A stretch of DNA of 64,000 nt from the human T2T-CHM13v2.0 reference genome, Homo sapiens. This document shows positions 30,563 to 46,105 of this stretch, in pieces. The position numbers and the translations under genes were made by a program. The DNA lies in the NCBI RefSeq assembly GCF_009914755.1, contig NC_060929.1. The stretch is one strand, 5' to 3'. Position 1 is the stretch's first letter. Every line of letters starts with the position of its first letter. The notes under the pieces are model-generated. The model saw only the letters and a program-made list of their open reading frames with translations. It ran no database searches and had not been told where the DNA came from.

Positions 30563-32688
30563 AAAGTTTTTACTGTTAAACAACTTTGGATCTTATTAAC
30601 TCTTTACAGAACTTTCTCTAAAGATGATACACACATTATTGAATGTTACTATTTTTTTCCATCACCAAAATTAAGAATGTTCGCTTTCCTAGGGTTTCAA
30701 TGCTGGGTTCGACTTCATACATTTATCTTCCATAATTATTGTAAAAAAAAAAAAAAAGTTACGTTACAGTAACAAAGATTTTACCATGTTAAGGTTTGAA
30801 TTTGGATCTTTGTTAGAAAGAAGCTCAATCTGGACTCAAAAAGCCAAATCTGAGTTTGGGCCAATGAATCTTTTCAGCTGTATCTTTGCACACATATACA
30901 TGTACCCACAAACAATAGACCTCTCTTCCCCAGAGATGAATTTTTTCAGATTCCAAGCTCCTCCCTCCCAGGTCCACAAATGAAAAATCTGTGAACATAC
31001 ACATGCACACACACAGAGAGTCAATGAAACACCGCTCTAAATCCAAGTCTAGAAGCAAATGCTGCTAATATCCTACCATTTATCTTTCAACTGTTTAAAA
31101 AATTATTCTTCTCAAATATAATTGAGAGCATGTTTTACACACAACTGCATTCAGATTTCTCTTGCTTTAATACAAAGTTGTATTTCTGCCTTGCTTGGTT
31201 GAATATCTGAGAACCTTTGGTAAGGAAGTCATCATAAAGCATCAAGAGGGAGGCCGTTTCAGTGAGGTCATAGTGAAGAAGAGAGAAGGCAGATATAGTT
31301 AGAGTGAAACAAAATCTGGTCTTGGATAGAGTGAAACAGCACCACTTTAAAAACCCTAGAGGCCATGGCAAAGAGACACACAGCGAAGCAGGGTGATAAG
31401 CCTGTTGCTGTCACGTGCCATCAGTTTTCTGGTTTATTTGATAAATATGGCACAGACTCAGAATCGATAAGAAGTAATGTGTCCAGATCTAGCTATAACA
31501 ATTCTAAAGTACAAGATATAAAAATTGTCAGCACACTGAATGCAGTGCACTTGTGCTTGAAGAGAGAATCCCTAAAGGGTAAGGCTATATTCCAAAACAC
31601 CAATCATTCAGGTAACTAAGACTGGAACCTATTTAATATTTTCAAATACCCTTTTTCCTGGGATAAAGCTAAACAACTGAGACATCAATGCAATATCCCT
31701 TATGTTAGTATGGGATATTAGTTAGTATCGGACAATAAATTTAGCTTTTGCATTTTTTAAAAGAAAGACATACTATAAACATCATTAGAAATCAGACTTG
31801 TTTAAAATTATTTCATTATATAATTGACTATTATTTTTAGCTAAAGAAAAGGACTCAAGAATATACATTTCTCAGTCAATTATTTAACATCCAGTGTAGG
31901 TGAGAATGAGAGAATATTCATGTTATTGCTTACCATTTGTGTATCACAATTGGCAATATCTACTAATATTTTAAATGTTATTACAAAATAGAATTTATAG
32001 AAATAGTACTATACAAAAGATTCTCAATGGACTAAAGCAGGCTTAAACTCAGTCATAAGAAGAGGAATACAATTAAAACTACACTGAGAGAGTATTTTTC
32101 ACCTAATGAGTTGGGAAAGTTATAAAGTTTTGTTTTACACGTTGTATGAAAAACTGTGGGACACAGGGACTCCAATTCATTATTGCTGTTGAGATGGTCA
32201 ATTACTATAACCTCTATGAAAAGTAGTATCTAAATTATGCACAAACCCCTAGCAGGGCCAGTAGTACCACATCTATTAATTTTCCCACATATAAACTTGC
32301 AAGTACAAAATGACATATGGATACAATTATGACACTGCTCTGGCAGAAATTGGAAACTGTAATATTCGCCAATGCAGAACTGATTAAATAAATTATGTAC
32401 ATCTATACAATGGGATACTGTATAACCATCAAAATGAGGAAGCTCCTTACAAATATGTGAGACCTTCAAGATAAAATAAATGCAAATATAAGATGTTGAA
32501 CAGTGTTTATAGTATGCTGCTGCTTCTTTAACAACAAAAAAAGTGTATCTGTGTAGAAAATACACTTGTATTTGTTCATTCAAGCATTAAAAACTTTCTA
32601 GAAGAAACTAGTAATAGCATATGTTAATACTATATGGTGAATGCAAGACAGGGTAAATTTTACTGTATAACTTTTTCATACTTTTGAC

Positions 32689-32694
32689 TTTATT
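32689..32694 (-). terminator. Candidate AATAAA for the unspliced CERT1 3'UTR, supplied by an Alu A-tail
   Basis: tttatt on + within the (TTTA)n tail of the Alu at 32689-32973. Confidence 0.45.
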
Positions 32695-32973
32695 TATTTA
32701 TTTTTTGACAGACATTACCTGTCCAGGCTGGAGTGCAGTCGTGTAATCACAGCTCACTGCAGCCTCAAACTCCCAGACAAAGCGATCTTCCTGCTTCAGC
32801 CTCCCAAGTACCTAGGACTATACATGTATACCACCACGCCTAATTGTTTTTTGTCAAGATGGAATCTTGCTATGTTATCCAGGCTAGACTTGAACTCCTG
32901 GCCTCAAGCCATTCTCCCACCTCAGTCTCCCAAAAAGTGTTGGGATTACAGGTGTGACCCACTGCACCTGGCC
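32689..32973 (-). mobile_element. AluJ (sense in CERT1 RNA)
   Basis: Antisense dimer on +; TSD-like acttttgacttt / acttttggcttt. Confidence 0.92.
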
Positions 32974-33008
32974 ACTTTTGGCTTTTAATCATGTTAACGT
33001 ATCACTTA

Positions 33009-33402
<394 letters not shown>

Positions 33403-33788
33403 TCAGACATTAACATGGGACTAGTTAATAAATTCTGCAACATGCATGTAACAGATGTTAAAAGAATGAGATGTTTTACACATCTCATGTCTTATAAAGA
33501 AAGATAGTCAAGATACATTGTTAAGTGAAAAAAAGGTTATAAAACAAGAATTTTGTATAATAGTAAGTATAAACATTTTAACATTCAAAAATATGTCAGT
33601 ACATACACAGAAAAATCTGGAGGAATATACAACAAAAATAACAGTTTCTGGGAAAGGAAAGAATACAGGAAGTTTGCACTTCTACAATTCTACAGTTCTA
33701 TAATATCAAAATTTCTTTACATAAGCATTAGAAGAAAAAGGAAACAATAAAAGAATTAAGTTTTAAAGGCTATAAACTACAATTTTCA

Positions 33789-34110
<322 letters not shown>

Positions 34111-34238
34111 CAATACTCTATAGGGGAACATCAAAAAACATAGTAAATACTTTCAACAACTAAATTTTAGTATTGACAGTCATATTAGTCAAATAAAGTT
34201 AAAAAAAGATAAAACATATCTTCTAGTACCTGTTAATA

Positions 34239-34394
<156 letters not shown>

Positions 34395-34398
34395 TTAA

Positions 34399-34774
<376 letters not shown>

Positions 34775-35142
34775 GGACCAATTATGATCTTTTAAGTCCC
34801 AACCCTTCATTCCTTAACACTATCCATCAGACATAATCAGACAGCAAATAAGAAAGCATCTATAACCTTTCTACAATGTTCTTAGTTCCCGAAATTACCT
34901 GCAAAAATTAGTATAGCACCACTTAAGGTTATTTAGGGCAGATTATTCACAAATCTGTACTATAATGAAATAGTAACTTACTCAGGTACAACTGTTTCTT
35001 TGAACATACTAGCAGTTATGGCCCTGTATAAAGAAGGTATGACTTTTGATGAGAGAGGTTGCAATGATTACTCCAGGTGCAAAGCAGGTGAAGTAAGGAC
35101 CCAAAGCAAGCAATGAAAAGACCTATCCAAAGTGAAACAAAT

Positions 35143-35294
35143 ATATGTAACTAGCAACTAATAAGGACTAGGGAAACGCTGACTCAGAAAACAAAAAGCC
35201 TGACAATGAATGTCAAAGAGAAATAAATATGTAACTAGCAACTAATAAGGACTAGGGGAACATTGATTCAGAAAGCTAAAAAGGCTGACAATGA
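35143..35294. repeat. ~84-bp-period diverged tandem duplication in a CERT1 intron
   Basis: atatgtaactagcaactaataaggactaggg at 35143 and 35227, similarity continuing to ctgacaatga. Confidence 0.85.
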
Positions 35295-35395
35295 GTAAAA
35301 GAACTCTTAATTTCCTTCCCCACTGTTGCTTATATTCCTAATAATAAATCTGTTCTATGAGGCAAATATCTAAGAAAATGGTGCTTAATATGAAG

Positions 35396-35692
35396 GCTAG
35401 GTCGAGCGCAGTGGCTCACGCCTGTAATCCCAGCACTTTGGGAGGCCGAGGTGGGTGGATCACGAGGTCAGGAGTTCAAGACCAGCCTGGCCAAGATGGT
35501 GAAACCCCGTCTCTACTAAAAATACAAAAAACTAGCCAGGCGTGGTTGTGGGCACCTGTAATCCCAGCTACAGAGGCAGAGAATCGCTTGAACCCAGGAG
35601 GCGGAGGCTGCAGTGAGCTGAGACTGCACCACTGCACTCCAGCCTGGGCAACAGAACGAGACTCCATCTCAAAAAAAAAAAAAAAAAAAAAA
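35396..35692 (+). mobile_element. AluS
   Basis: Dimer with short internal deletion and long A-tail. Confidence 0.94.
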
Positions 35693-35938
35693 GAAGGGTA
35701 TATACAGTGACCTAGGGATAAAGTTTTAAAATTTTCCTATCCAGCTCTAGCTTCAGAAATACTCATATAGTAGTAGTTCCAGGGTGAAATTCAGACATCT
35801 GTACTTTCAAAGATTCTCTAGTAATTCTGATATACCTTTCTCCAAATTAAAAATTAGTAATCTAATGGATAAGAACTAAAAAGGCATTTGTCCAAATTGT
35901 TGTCATATAGGTCATGATCAAGAACAGCCACATTATCA

Positions 35939-36169
<231 letters not shown>

Positions 36170-36258
36170 TTAACCAAAATCGTAACTCTTAAAAGTATCT
36201 CCAGTGAAATCTTATAAGCACCAAGCTGATATGACACCAGGATTCCTCCCCACCCACT

Positions 36259-36473
36259 TTTTCTGGGGACAAGGTCTTGCTCTGTTGCCCACTCTGGAGT
36301 GCAGTGGTGCCATCATAGTTCACTGCAGCTTCAAACTCCTGGGCTCAAAGCAATCCTCCCGCCTCAACCTCCAGAGTAGCTGGGACCACAGGTGCACATC
36401 ACCAGGCCTGGCTAATTAAAAAAAAAAAAAAAATTTTTTTTAATAGAGATGGGGTCTAACCATGTTGCCCAGG
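36259..36473 (-). mobile_element. Truncated AluJ
   Basis: Right arm plus part of left arm. Confidence 0.88.
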
Positions 36474-36841
36474 ATCCCTTCCTCTTAAGTAGTAAATGGA
36501 GCTAAATTGTGGTAAACCACAGAGGTTTGGCTGGCAGTTGATAACGGCTTAAGAGATAACTGTGGGAAGTAGCCTACTGCCCAGTGTATGTACTGCCCTT
36601 TTGGCTGTTTCACGAAACATTAGAAGGAAAGGTAAACGGCCCTGGTGGAATGTTCATAGGCATGACTGTTGCCCTCAGACAACACATGGGCTATACTGTT
36701 CCTAGCAGTCAATCCAACATAAAATCTAAGAACCATTATCAAATCAAGTATAGTGTATGGGCTGTGTTTATCATTTTTGTCCCGCATTGTGTATTTAGCT
36801 TTATATTGTTTAATTATACACATTTATATACATGTACTTAC

Positions 36842-36970
36842 AGGAGCACTGTCATGATCCACAGAAAAATTACAAACTATCCAAGTTTCAGGGTCATTTT
36901 CAGTCAAGGCTGGTATCTTTCGAATGACAGAAAGATATAATACGTCTCGCTGAGAAGCAGGCCACACCCT
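36842..36970 (-). CDS. CERT1: CERT1 START-domain exon (129 nt)
   Basis: ccacag|AGGGTG...GCTCCT|gtaagt; [43 protein letters not shown]. Confidence 0.97.
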
Positions 36971-39149
36971 CTGTGGAGAAGTAAAAATCTTTTGAAAAAC
37001 AGATCTAACATGGAACTAACAAGAGAAACGTAATGCCAATAAATGTCTTAATTGAAGGTAAAATCTCTCAAATTTTAAATGGAAAGCATCTGAGGATATC
37101 TACCAAATGATTAATTATGAACAGAGTTAATAGCTTTGCAGAACAATATAATAAAAGGAATAATGTTCTATTTTTTTAATTGCAGTAAAATATATACACG
37201 TATAATTTGTCATTTTAACTAACTTTTAGGGTACAATTCAGGGACATTAATTACATTCACAGTGTTATGTAACCATATTGCTATCTCTGAAATTTATCAT
37301 CATCCCAAACAGAAACTCTGTACCCAGTAAGCAACAACTTTCCATTCCTCTCTCCTCATACTCCATGATTATGTTCTACTTAGATTCAAAGATTTAATGA
37401 AAAAAGACTTATTTGAATCAAATCACATTAGAAAGAATTCTAAGTCACTTAGATTAAATATTTCAATATTAAGGTATGCAAGGGGAAACATATACTATGG
37501 GAATGACATGGAGCCTAGGTCTTCAATAAATGGGACTACCTACTTTAAATGAGAAAAAAAACCTTTTATCCTATTTAAGTTACTTTTATTTTGGTTATCT
37601 CGTATATGTATCTGGACTAGTCCTTGTTATGCAGCGTCATTCCTGATTACTGAGAGTAATAAATAGCATACAATACAAATCATTTGCAAGATGAAATGAT
37701 TCATTTTTTAAAGATACAAAATTTCATGTAGTTGATAAATATAGTGTTGGGTAAATTGTGTGGAGACAGTAAGTAATACATGAAGATTTGGCAAATTTAG
37801 ACCTAATGAATACAAATCCACAGGATGATAAGATAGAAATTTAAAGAATGAGAATGACTTAAATATCAAGAGACCAGTAGCCCTCTTTTAAGACCATACT
37901 GCAAAAGATGTCAAATTTAAAGGGAAAAATATTGTAGTGTAAATAACACTATAGACTTTGAGTCTAAGCAGAACATTATTATGGAATGGGAGGAGAGGGA
38001 ATGGGGAGTTGTTGCTTAATGAGTACGGAGTTTCTGTTTGGGGTGATGATAAATTTCAGATATAGTGTGAGTGGTATAGTTACATACACTGCGAATGTAA
38101 TGTGATTTTCTTGAAAAAATGATTCCAGGACAATTTGTTTATTCCAAGAATTGGCAAATAATTATAACTGTAACAAATTTTGTTACATATAAGATTATTT
38201 TAATAATTTTTAGTTTTATTTTTCAATCCTGATACAACTTATATGACCCTCCCTCCATCTACTATTTATCTAGCAGAATACCTTCAGCAGATTGTTTTCC
38301 ATGATGGATTATTTTCAGATAATAAGGTTCTTTTGGTTCTAAATTATTGGTCATTTATCTTCATTCCAAATTATAGGGTGATTAATTAATATTCTGACAT
38401 TTACTAAATTTTAGATTTCAAATTAGACTTCAAAATTTGTATGCTGAAACAGAATCTTAATTGTTATGCATTTCTGAGCAGCTACCGTGTAAAATTAAGT
38501 ATGGCTCCTAATTATTAGATATAAGATGTCTCAGATGACAAGACTGAGTTTAAGAAATACATAACAGACTTATAATGTTTTCATATACTGCACTCAAAAA
38601 CCATTTAAAAAGAAAAATGAAGCACTCACTGAATTGGAAAAACAAAGTACCTATTAAATCATTACATTTCTTTTATAATGTTTAATACTGTTTTTGGTGG
38701 ATCTCTCCAAAATTTTAATTCCTTTTATTATGCTATACACATTATGTTATTGGGCAGTTTTCAGAAGAGAAAGAGCAGAATAAGGCAAGAGAACTATTGA
38801 TTCTATAATTTTAAATATCAAGAATAGCAGAAGAAATAAGGTGAAAGGGAGCTAACTTAAATTATGTTTCTGTATGCTCTGGTGTATGACTAACCTCTCA
38901 AGTCACGCTCTGTGATTTTTCTTTGCTTTCAGATAATCCATTTACTTTTATATCTATTAGTCTTAACATAGGCTAATACCATGCTAGCCATTACCCTTAT
39001 TGTTGTTGTCACAGGAAGCTATAATTCACTTTCATATTTGGTAACTATCATTTACCTCTTATAGAAACTAGATACTAGAAAGGTATTTAAATGGATTTCA
39101 GTATTTCAGAAGGCTCTTTTCTAGACTTAAACTGTGTATAAAGAAAGCT

Positions 39150-39273
39150 AAGAGTGTGGCATACACCAGTAGTTCCAATTACTTGAGAGGCTGAGGCAGG
39201 AGGATCACTTGAGCTCAGGAGTTTGAGACTAGCCTGGGAAATACAGCAAGACCCTGTCTCTTTAAAAATAAAA
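39150..39273 (+). mobile_element. Alu monomer (FLAM/FAM-like)
   Basis: Single 7SL-derived arm with A-tail. Confidence 0.8.
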
Positions 39274-39477
39274 AGTGCACAAAGGGAACTAACCGTTGAT
39301 CTTTATCAAGCACTCTATTTCTAGATTGTATCTCTCAGATTCTTGCCTGCACATATTTCTGTTCTGAACAAGTTGATATACCTTTTAAATACATGACATT
39401 CATGAATCATTATTTAATAAAGTCTTTGGATTTTTGTGGCTTTTAATAACCTCCCCAATTTTACTTTAGAGAATCTA

Positions 39478-39645
<168 letters not shown>

Positions 39646-40055
39646 CTAGAATGTGATCAATTCACTTATGTTGAAAGTCAAGTACGAATGGACAGTATGG
39701 TAAATTGAACAGGATCCTGCCCTATCTAGGTTACATCCAAATGGAAGGTAGCTAATACTTAGTATTATGGTTACAGATTAGGGATGTGAGGTCTGATCAC
39801 CAGGAAGCCTCATTTTCTTTGGCCCAATTATCTATCTTCCACAGCAAGAAAGCAATTCTAATCACCACTGCATCACTCAGGCACAAATAATTCCCTAACA
39901 CTAAAACCCTTCCCTTTTCCCCAATTTATTGATGTTAAATAAATTGTTATATCTAATCTTAGGTGGCTATTTCTGTGAAAAAGAGATGTCAAACTGCCAA
40001 TGATAAACATCTGATGATGTTGAGAAGTATCTATACTTAGGAAATTTTGTGTCTA

Positions 40056-40382
<327 letters not shown>

Positions 40383-40756
40383 CTAAAGTAATCACAAAAG
40401 GATTCACCTAGGATTTACCACGGAAACAGTTTAGGAAAGAGTAGATGATGAAACAGAAATCTTCAATTTCAGTCTTGGCTTCTCCACCATATAGCTCTTG
40501 TTGCCTTTGACAAGTCACTTTGCCTATCTGAATTTTACTTTATTTGTATGTAAAATAAGCAATAATACCTACCTATCACTGTAGGATTACTGAGGTTATT
40601 GGATCAAATTACATACTAGGAAGCATTTCATACACTGAAAAGCTCTACATAAATGTATTGCTAGTCCTCTATATGATTTTCCAAATACTTTCTACGTTGA
40701 CTTTGTAAACTATGTAGGAGATGCAGAAAACTAGGTTGGATTTGATATTAAATTCA

Positions 40757-40927
<171 letters not shown>

Positions 40928-41764
40928 CTAAAGAGAACATAATTCCAAAACTGTTTGAAAATTAAAAATCAAGCCCATAAAAGCAGGAAAGCATGCTTTT
41001 AATACAGCTGCTCTTTAGATTTTTATGAAAGTCTATTTATAGAACATATTCTGCTAAAAGAAAATTAAAAATTTCAAATTAACAGACAAAAAAGTACTTA
41101 AAATTATAAATCCAAGGTAAACCTCAGATAAAAACATGCATATGTGATAAATGACTTATTGTGAGTTGTTTAAAAATAAATGTATCAATTTGAATTAGGC
41201 ATTATTTACCATTCTCAAAAGACTGTTTAACATGGCTAAGAAAACCAAATAAACCTGGCTAGAATATATTCTCCTTAAAGATACTAAATTAAGTCTGCTT
41301 TGTTCAATGCTGTATCCCCAACAGCTAGAATAGTATATGAAACACAATAGGCACTCAGTTATTTGTTAAATCAATGGCTGAAAGCTAAGATGGCAAAAAC
41401 GTAAATACAGATCTATCTTGCTTTAAATACTGAGGTTACATACCTTAAATGCTAAGTAAAATTAATTATTTTAAAATTATAGAGTTTGCTACTTTAGATA
41501 ATTATGTGATAAATACTCTTGAGAAATGAAACATGTCATCATGGGGGAGAACCAAGTGCCAATTTATGAAGGACCTATGGGGCTGGACACTGTTAGGCAT
41601 TTCACATAGATTTTCTTAGAGTATCTCTCAACAGACTACCTTCCCCTACCTATTTATTACTCATATTATTGGGACCACCGTTTTCCCAGCTACCCAAACT
41701 AGAAACTCTAGACTTTTGATTCCTCCCTTTACAGTTCACACAGCTAGTAAGCTCTTTACTATTC

Positions 41765-42083
<319 letters not shown>

Positions 42084-42352
42084 TAGAAGAGATGATTAGG
42101 GGTGAGGCAGGAATCTATTGACACCATGGCACTGGCAGTTCCTAGATGTGGTGCCAAAGGTGCAGAGCAGGGAGGCCTCTAGCTCACATTATTATTTTTT
42201 GTCTAAAATGTCTTCGCTAAGACATCCAACAGTTTGACTTTTCTACTGTTCTAGGTAGGCTTTCATCACTTTGTGCCTGACTCTTTTAAGTAGTCTGCTT
42301 GTTCTCCAGTTTCTTCCCTATCAGCTTGATCTTCTTAAAATTACACTTTTCA

Positions 42353-42657
<305 letters not shown>

Positions 42658-43489
42658 GATACTTTTCATACAGTGGCTAGTCTACTGTTGTAGACAATTG
42701 TTATAGACAACGATTGTTCTCTTTAGAGAGTAACTTTATGCTTCCCATTATCTAGGCCCAATTTCTCTCTAACACTGTGGGCTGTAGGAGTAGTTATTTT
42801 CTATTCCTCATTCCAGGTAGAGGGACGTCATCCAGACCATCACTCCTGGCTTCTCTTTAGTACTTCACTTCCTCCTCCCCAGAGGGAGGTGACTCTACGG
42901 TGACTGAACGATGACTACAGAAGAAGAAATAAGGCAGGTCTGGCTCAACCCTTTCTTCCGCGAAGAGCATACATCCTGGCCTGCTTCTGTAGTGAAGGTT
43001 TGTGATTATCCAGCAATGCCAGGAACATGCTTAATTCTGGAGTAACAAGACCCTGTAGCAGCTGATCTCAAACTATTTTCTACAATCACCTTATCAGAAT
43101 TATAGCTAACATTCTGGTATCTCATTTATCTGTCTGTTTTATCTTATGTCTTACTTTGTTCCTTATTCAAGGGGAGAGGAAATCCCAGCATCTAATATTA
43201 TATCTTATTTGCTAGAATAATTCTGGTCAACATAGATTATGCAAAAAATCCTGACTAAAAAGTTTGCTTTCAAGTTTTTGCTCACATTATAATTTTTTTC
43301 CTAAAATGCCCTCACCTCACCCTTGTCACAACTTTCTTTTTAATTCCAGATGTAGTTCAAATGCTTCTCTGCATTGTAAAACAATCTAATTGTTTCAAAT
43401 CACAGAGATCTTTCTTTTCTGATTTTCTCCACCACTCATCTGTACTCTTCACTCAGTACATTATCAGATGGAGCCAAGTATAGCATGCA

Positions 43490-43492
<3 letters not shown>

Positions 43493-43532
<40 letters not shown>
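43493..43532. repeat. (AT)20 microsatellite at an Alu tail
   Basis: Perfect AT run abutting the antisense Alu. Confidence 0.95.
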
Positions 43533-43535
<3 letters not shown>

Positions 43536-43815
43536 ACACAGGGTCTCACTTTGTGACCCAGGCTAGAGTGCAGTGGCACAAACGCGGCTCATTGCAGCCT
43601 TGACCTCCCTGGCTCAAGGAATCTTTTGCCTCAGCCTCCTGGGTAGCTGGGACTACAAGTGTGTGGTACTGCACCCAGCTAATTTTTGTATTTTTGGTAG
43701 AGACGGGGTTTCACCGTGTTGCCCAGGTTTGACTTGAACTCCTGAGCTCAAGTAATCCGCCTGCCATGTCCTCCTAAAAGTGCTGGGATTACAGGCATAG
43801 CCACTGTGCCTGGCC
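43533..43815 (-). mobile_element. AluJ
   Basis: Antisense dimer. Confidence 0.92.
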
Positions 43816-44482
43816 AATAGTATCTTTTAAATGTCAATATTCTTTTTCCTTAACTAAAGCTTTAGCTTGGAGAGTGTCTTATTATCTTTGTATCTTTATT
43901 TAGCATAGTTCCTTAGGAATGAGAAAATCCAAAATTCAATGTTGCTTTTGCTTTTCAATCCATCTCTGTATCTCTCAGTCCCTGCTCTTATTTTCTGTCC
44001 TTGTGTTTAGGGATGTAAACAAGATTAACTGACCAATGTCCAAATATCAAATAAAGGTGCAGTAAGAGAAGGGAAAAGAAGGAGGGTATAGACCAAAAAG
44101 GGAGAGAAACAAAGTGTCATCTAGGCACAACATTCAGTATGTTAAAAAAACAAAACAAAAGGAAATATCCAAATACAGGACCATCAGCTAATTGTGACCT
44201 GGTCATATCTAATTCTCTAAATTTTATTTTCTTCATGGCCTAGTCAAAACAGAAAGGTTTAATCATATATTTATATTATAATCATAAAAACCTTTAGTAA
44301 AGGCAAAGCCAGAAAAGCAAAAAGACATTTTATTGCTCAATATATGGTACTGCTTTGATCACATGTAATAATTTGTTTTAAAGGTAAGTTGAAAGTGCTA
44401 TCCTTATTCATATCAATAGTAATGATAATATGACTGAAACAGAGACGCCTTTGGCAATCTATAACATTTCAGGGGGAATTAC

Positions 44483-44578
44483 CTTCATTTCTCCTTCTTC
44501 TACAACCAACTGCCAATTGGCATCTCCGCCTACATCCTGTAATGAGTAAGTCATGTGGTTCTGCACCATCTCTTCAAC
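44483..44578 (-). CDS. CERT1: CERT1 exon (96 nt), start of the START domain
   Basis: ctcaag|GTTGAA...ATGAAG|gtaatt; [32 protein letters not shown]. Confidence 0.97.
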
Positions 44579-45712
44579 CTTGAGAAGGGAGGAAAAAGGC
44601 ATGAGAATCCAAAAGGTATGTCATAATCTCTAAAACAGAATGGTCTTCAGTTAACTTCAGTTCAGAAATGGTGCTCTTAGTAGCTGAGCAACCAAATGCA
44701 CAAAGGTTAGTAGGTTTTACATAGTGTTTGAAGAGTTTAGTCCACATTCCAGATATCCAGGTTAATGACAGGAGACAGAAATGAAAAGAAGGAAGATGGG
44801 TCACTCAAGTAACACATATTGGCCTAATGTGTATCAAGTGACCAAAATAAGCATTTTCAGGAAAAAAGAAATATTCCATTCTATATCATAAAACAGAGAT
44901 GATGTGTTAAAGTATAAAATAATGGAAGAGTAGAGATAAAGGGGGCACAGAGATCATCCAGTCTAATGTTCCTATATTTAAGATTATGTGGAGATATCAG
45001 GAAGGTCTGGTATGAACAAAGACATAGAGAGAGAGAGCATATCTTTGCCTATATCTTTGCTCTCATACGAGCAAAGATACACAAAGATGAGCAAAGATAT
45101 ATATGTATATGTCAAAGATTTCAATACAAAAAAGGTGAAAAACCTTTCTTATGCCACTGATAAACCTCTCTTTTATCATGGAATATAAGCCAATTTAAAA
45201 ATAATCAAACCTTTATTTATTTGATTCCAATTTCTTTGTTCTAAATTATTTTGGGGACAATGCTAATATTCATATATGCAAGCATTTACATATAATCACC
45301 TTTTAGTTCATTCTTTTAAAATTTCTAATAATTTCCTTTTAAAATTTTTTAATTTAAATTTATAACTTTTTCCTGATATTTAAATGTAACTCTTAATTAT
45401 CACAAATTGTCCTTATACATTTTATGTAAATAAGCAAAGAAAGCTGAATATTTCACACTACCAGAATTCTCAGATTTATTGGAGAACTGAAGTGATACAA
45501 AGATTGCGGAAACAAAGTAATTTCATTTTCTGTAATAAATACATTAGAAGACAGAAGAGCTGGAAGATATATATATTATACTTCCATTAAAATTTTATCC
45601 TTAAGTTTAACTATTTGTTTTATATAAAGTCTATTCTGTTCATTAGGAATATAGAACAGGAATCAGTTTTGAACATATTTCAAAGTAAATAATCAACTTC
45701 CCCCCTACCCGC

Positions 45713-46105
45713 CAGAGACAGGGTTATTTTGTCACCCAGGTTGGAGTGCAGCGGCACAATCATAACTCACTGTAATCTTGAACTTCTGGGCTCAAGTGAT
45801 CCTCCTGCCTCAGCCTCCTAAGTAGCTAAAACTATATGCCTGTGCCACCATGCCTAACATTTTTTTTTTTTTAAGAGACACGGTCTCACTTCGTGGCCCA
45901 GACTGCAGTACAGTAGTATGATCATAGCTCACTGCCACTACAATTTCCTGGGCTCAAGGGATCCTCCTGCCTCAGCCTCTGAGTAGGTGGGACTACAGGA
46001 GTGCACCACCACATCCAGTTAATTTTTTGTAGAGACAGGGTCTCGCCATCTGGCCCAGGCTGGTCTTGAACTCCTGGTCCCAAGTGATCTTCCCACCTTG
46101 GCCTC
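45713..46105 (-). mobile_element. Tandem AluJ fragments
   Basis: Right arm followed by a near-complete antisense dimer. Confidence 0.88.

Noticed and set aside
34890-34915. Second AG|GT juxtaposition (ctaatttttgcag|gtaatt) on the CERT1 strand
   Set aside because: Short pyrimidine tract in a 1.6-kb intron, where recursive splicing is unlikely; expected by chance
38623-38656. Possible 21-nt in-frame CERT1 microexon (ttaatag|GTACTTTGTTTTTCCAATTCA|gtgagt)
   Set aside because: Good donor, but the acceptor has a purine-rich upstream region with no pyrimidine tract, and the insert would fall inside the START fold
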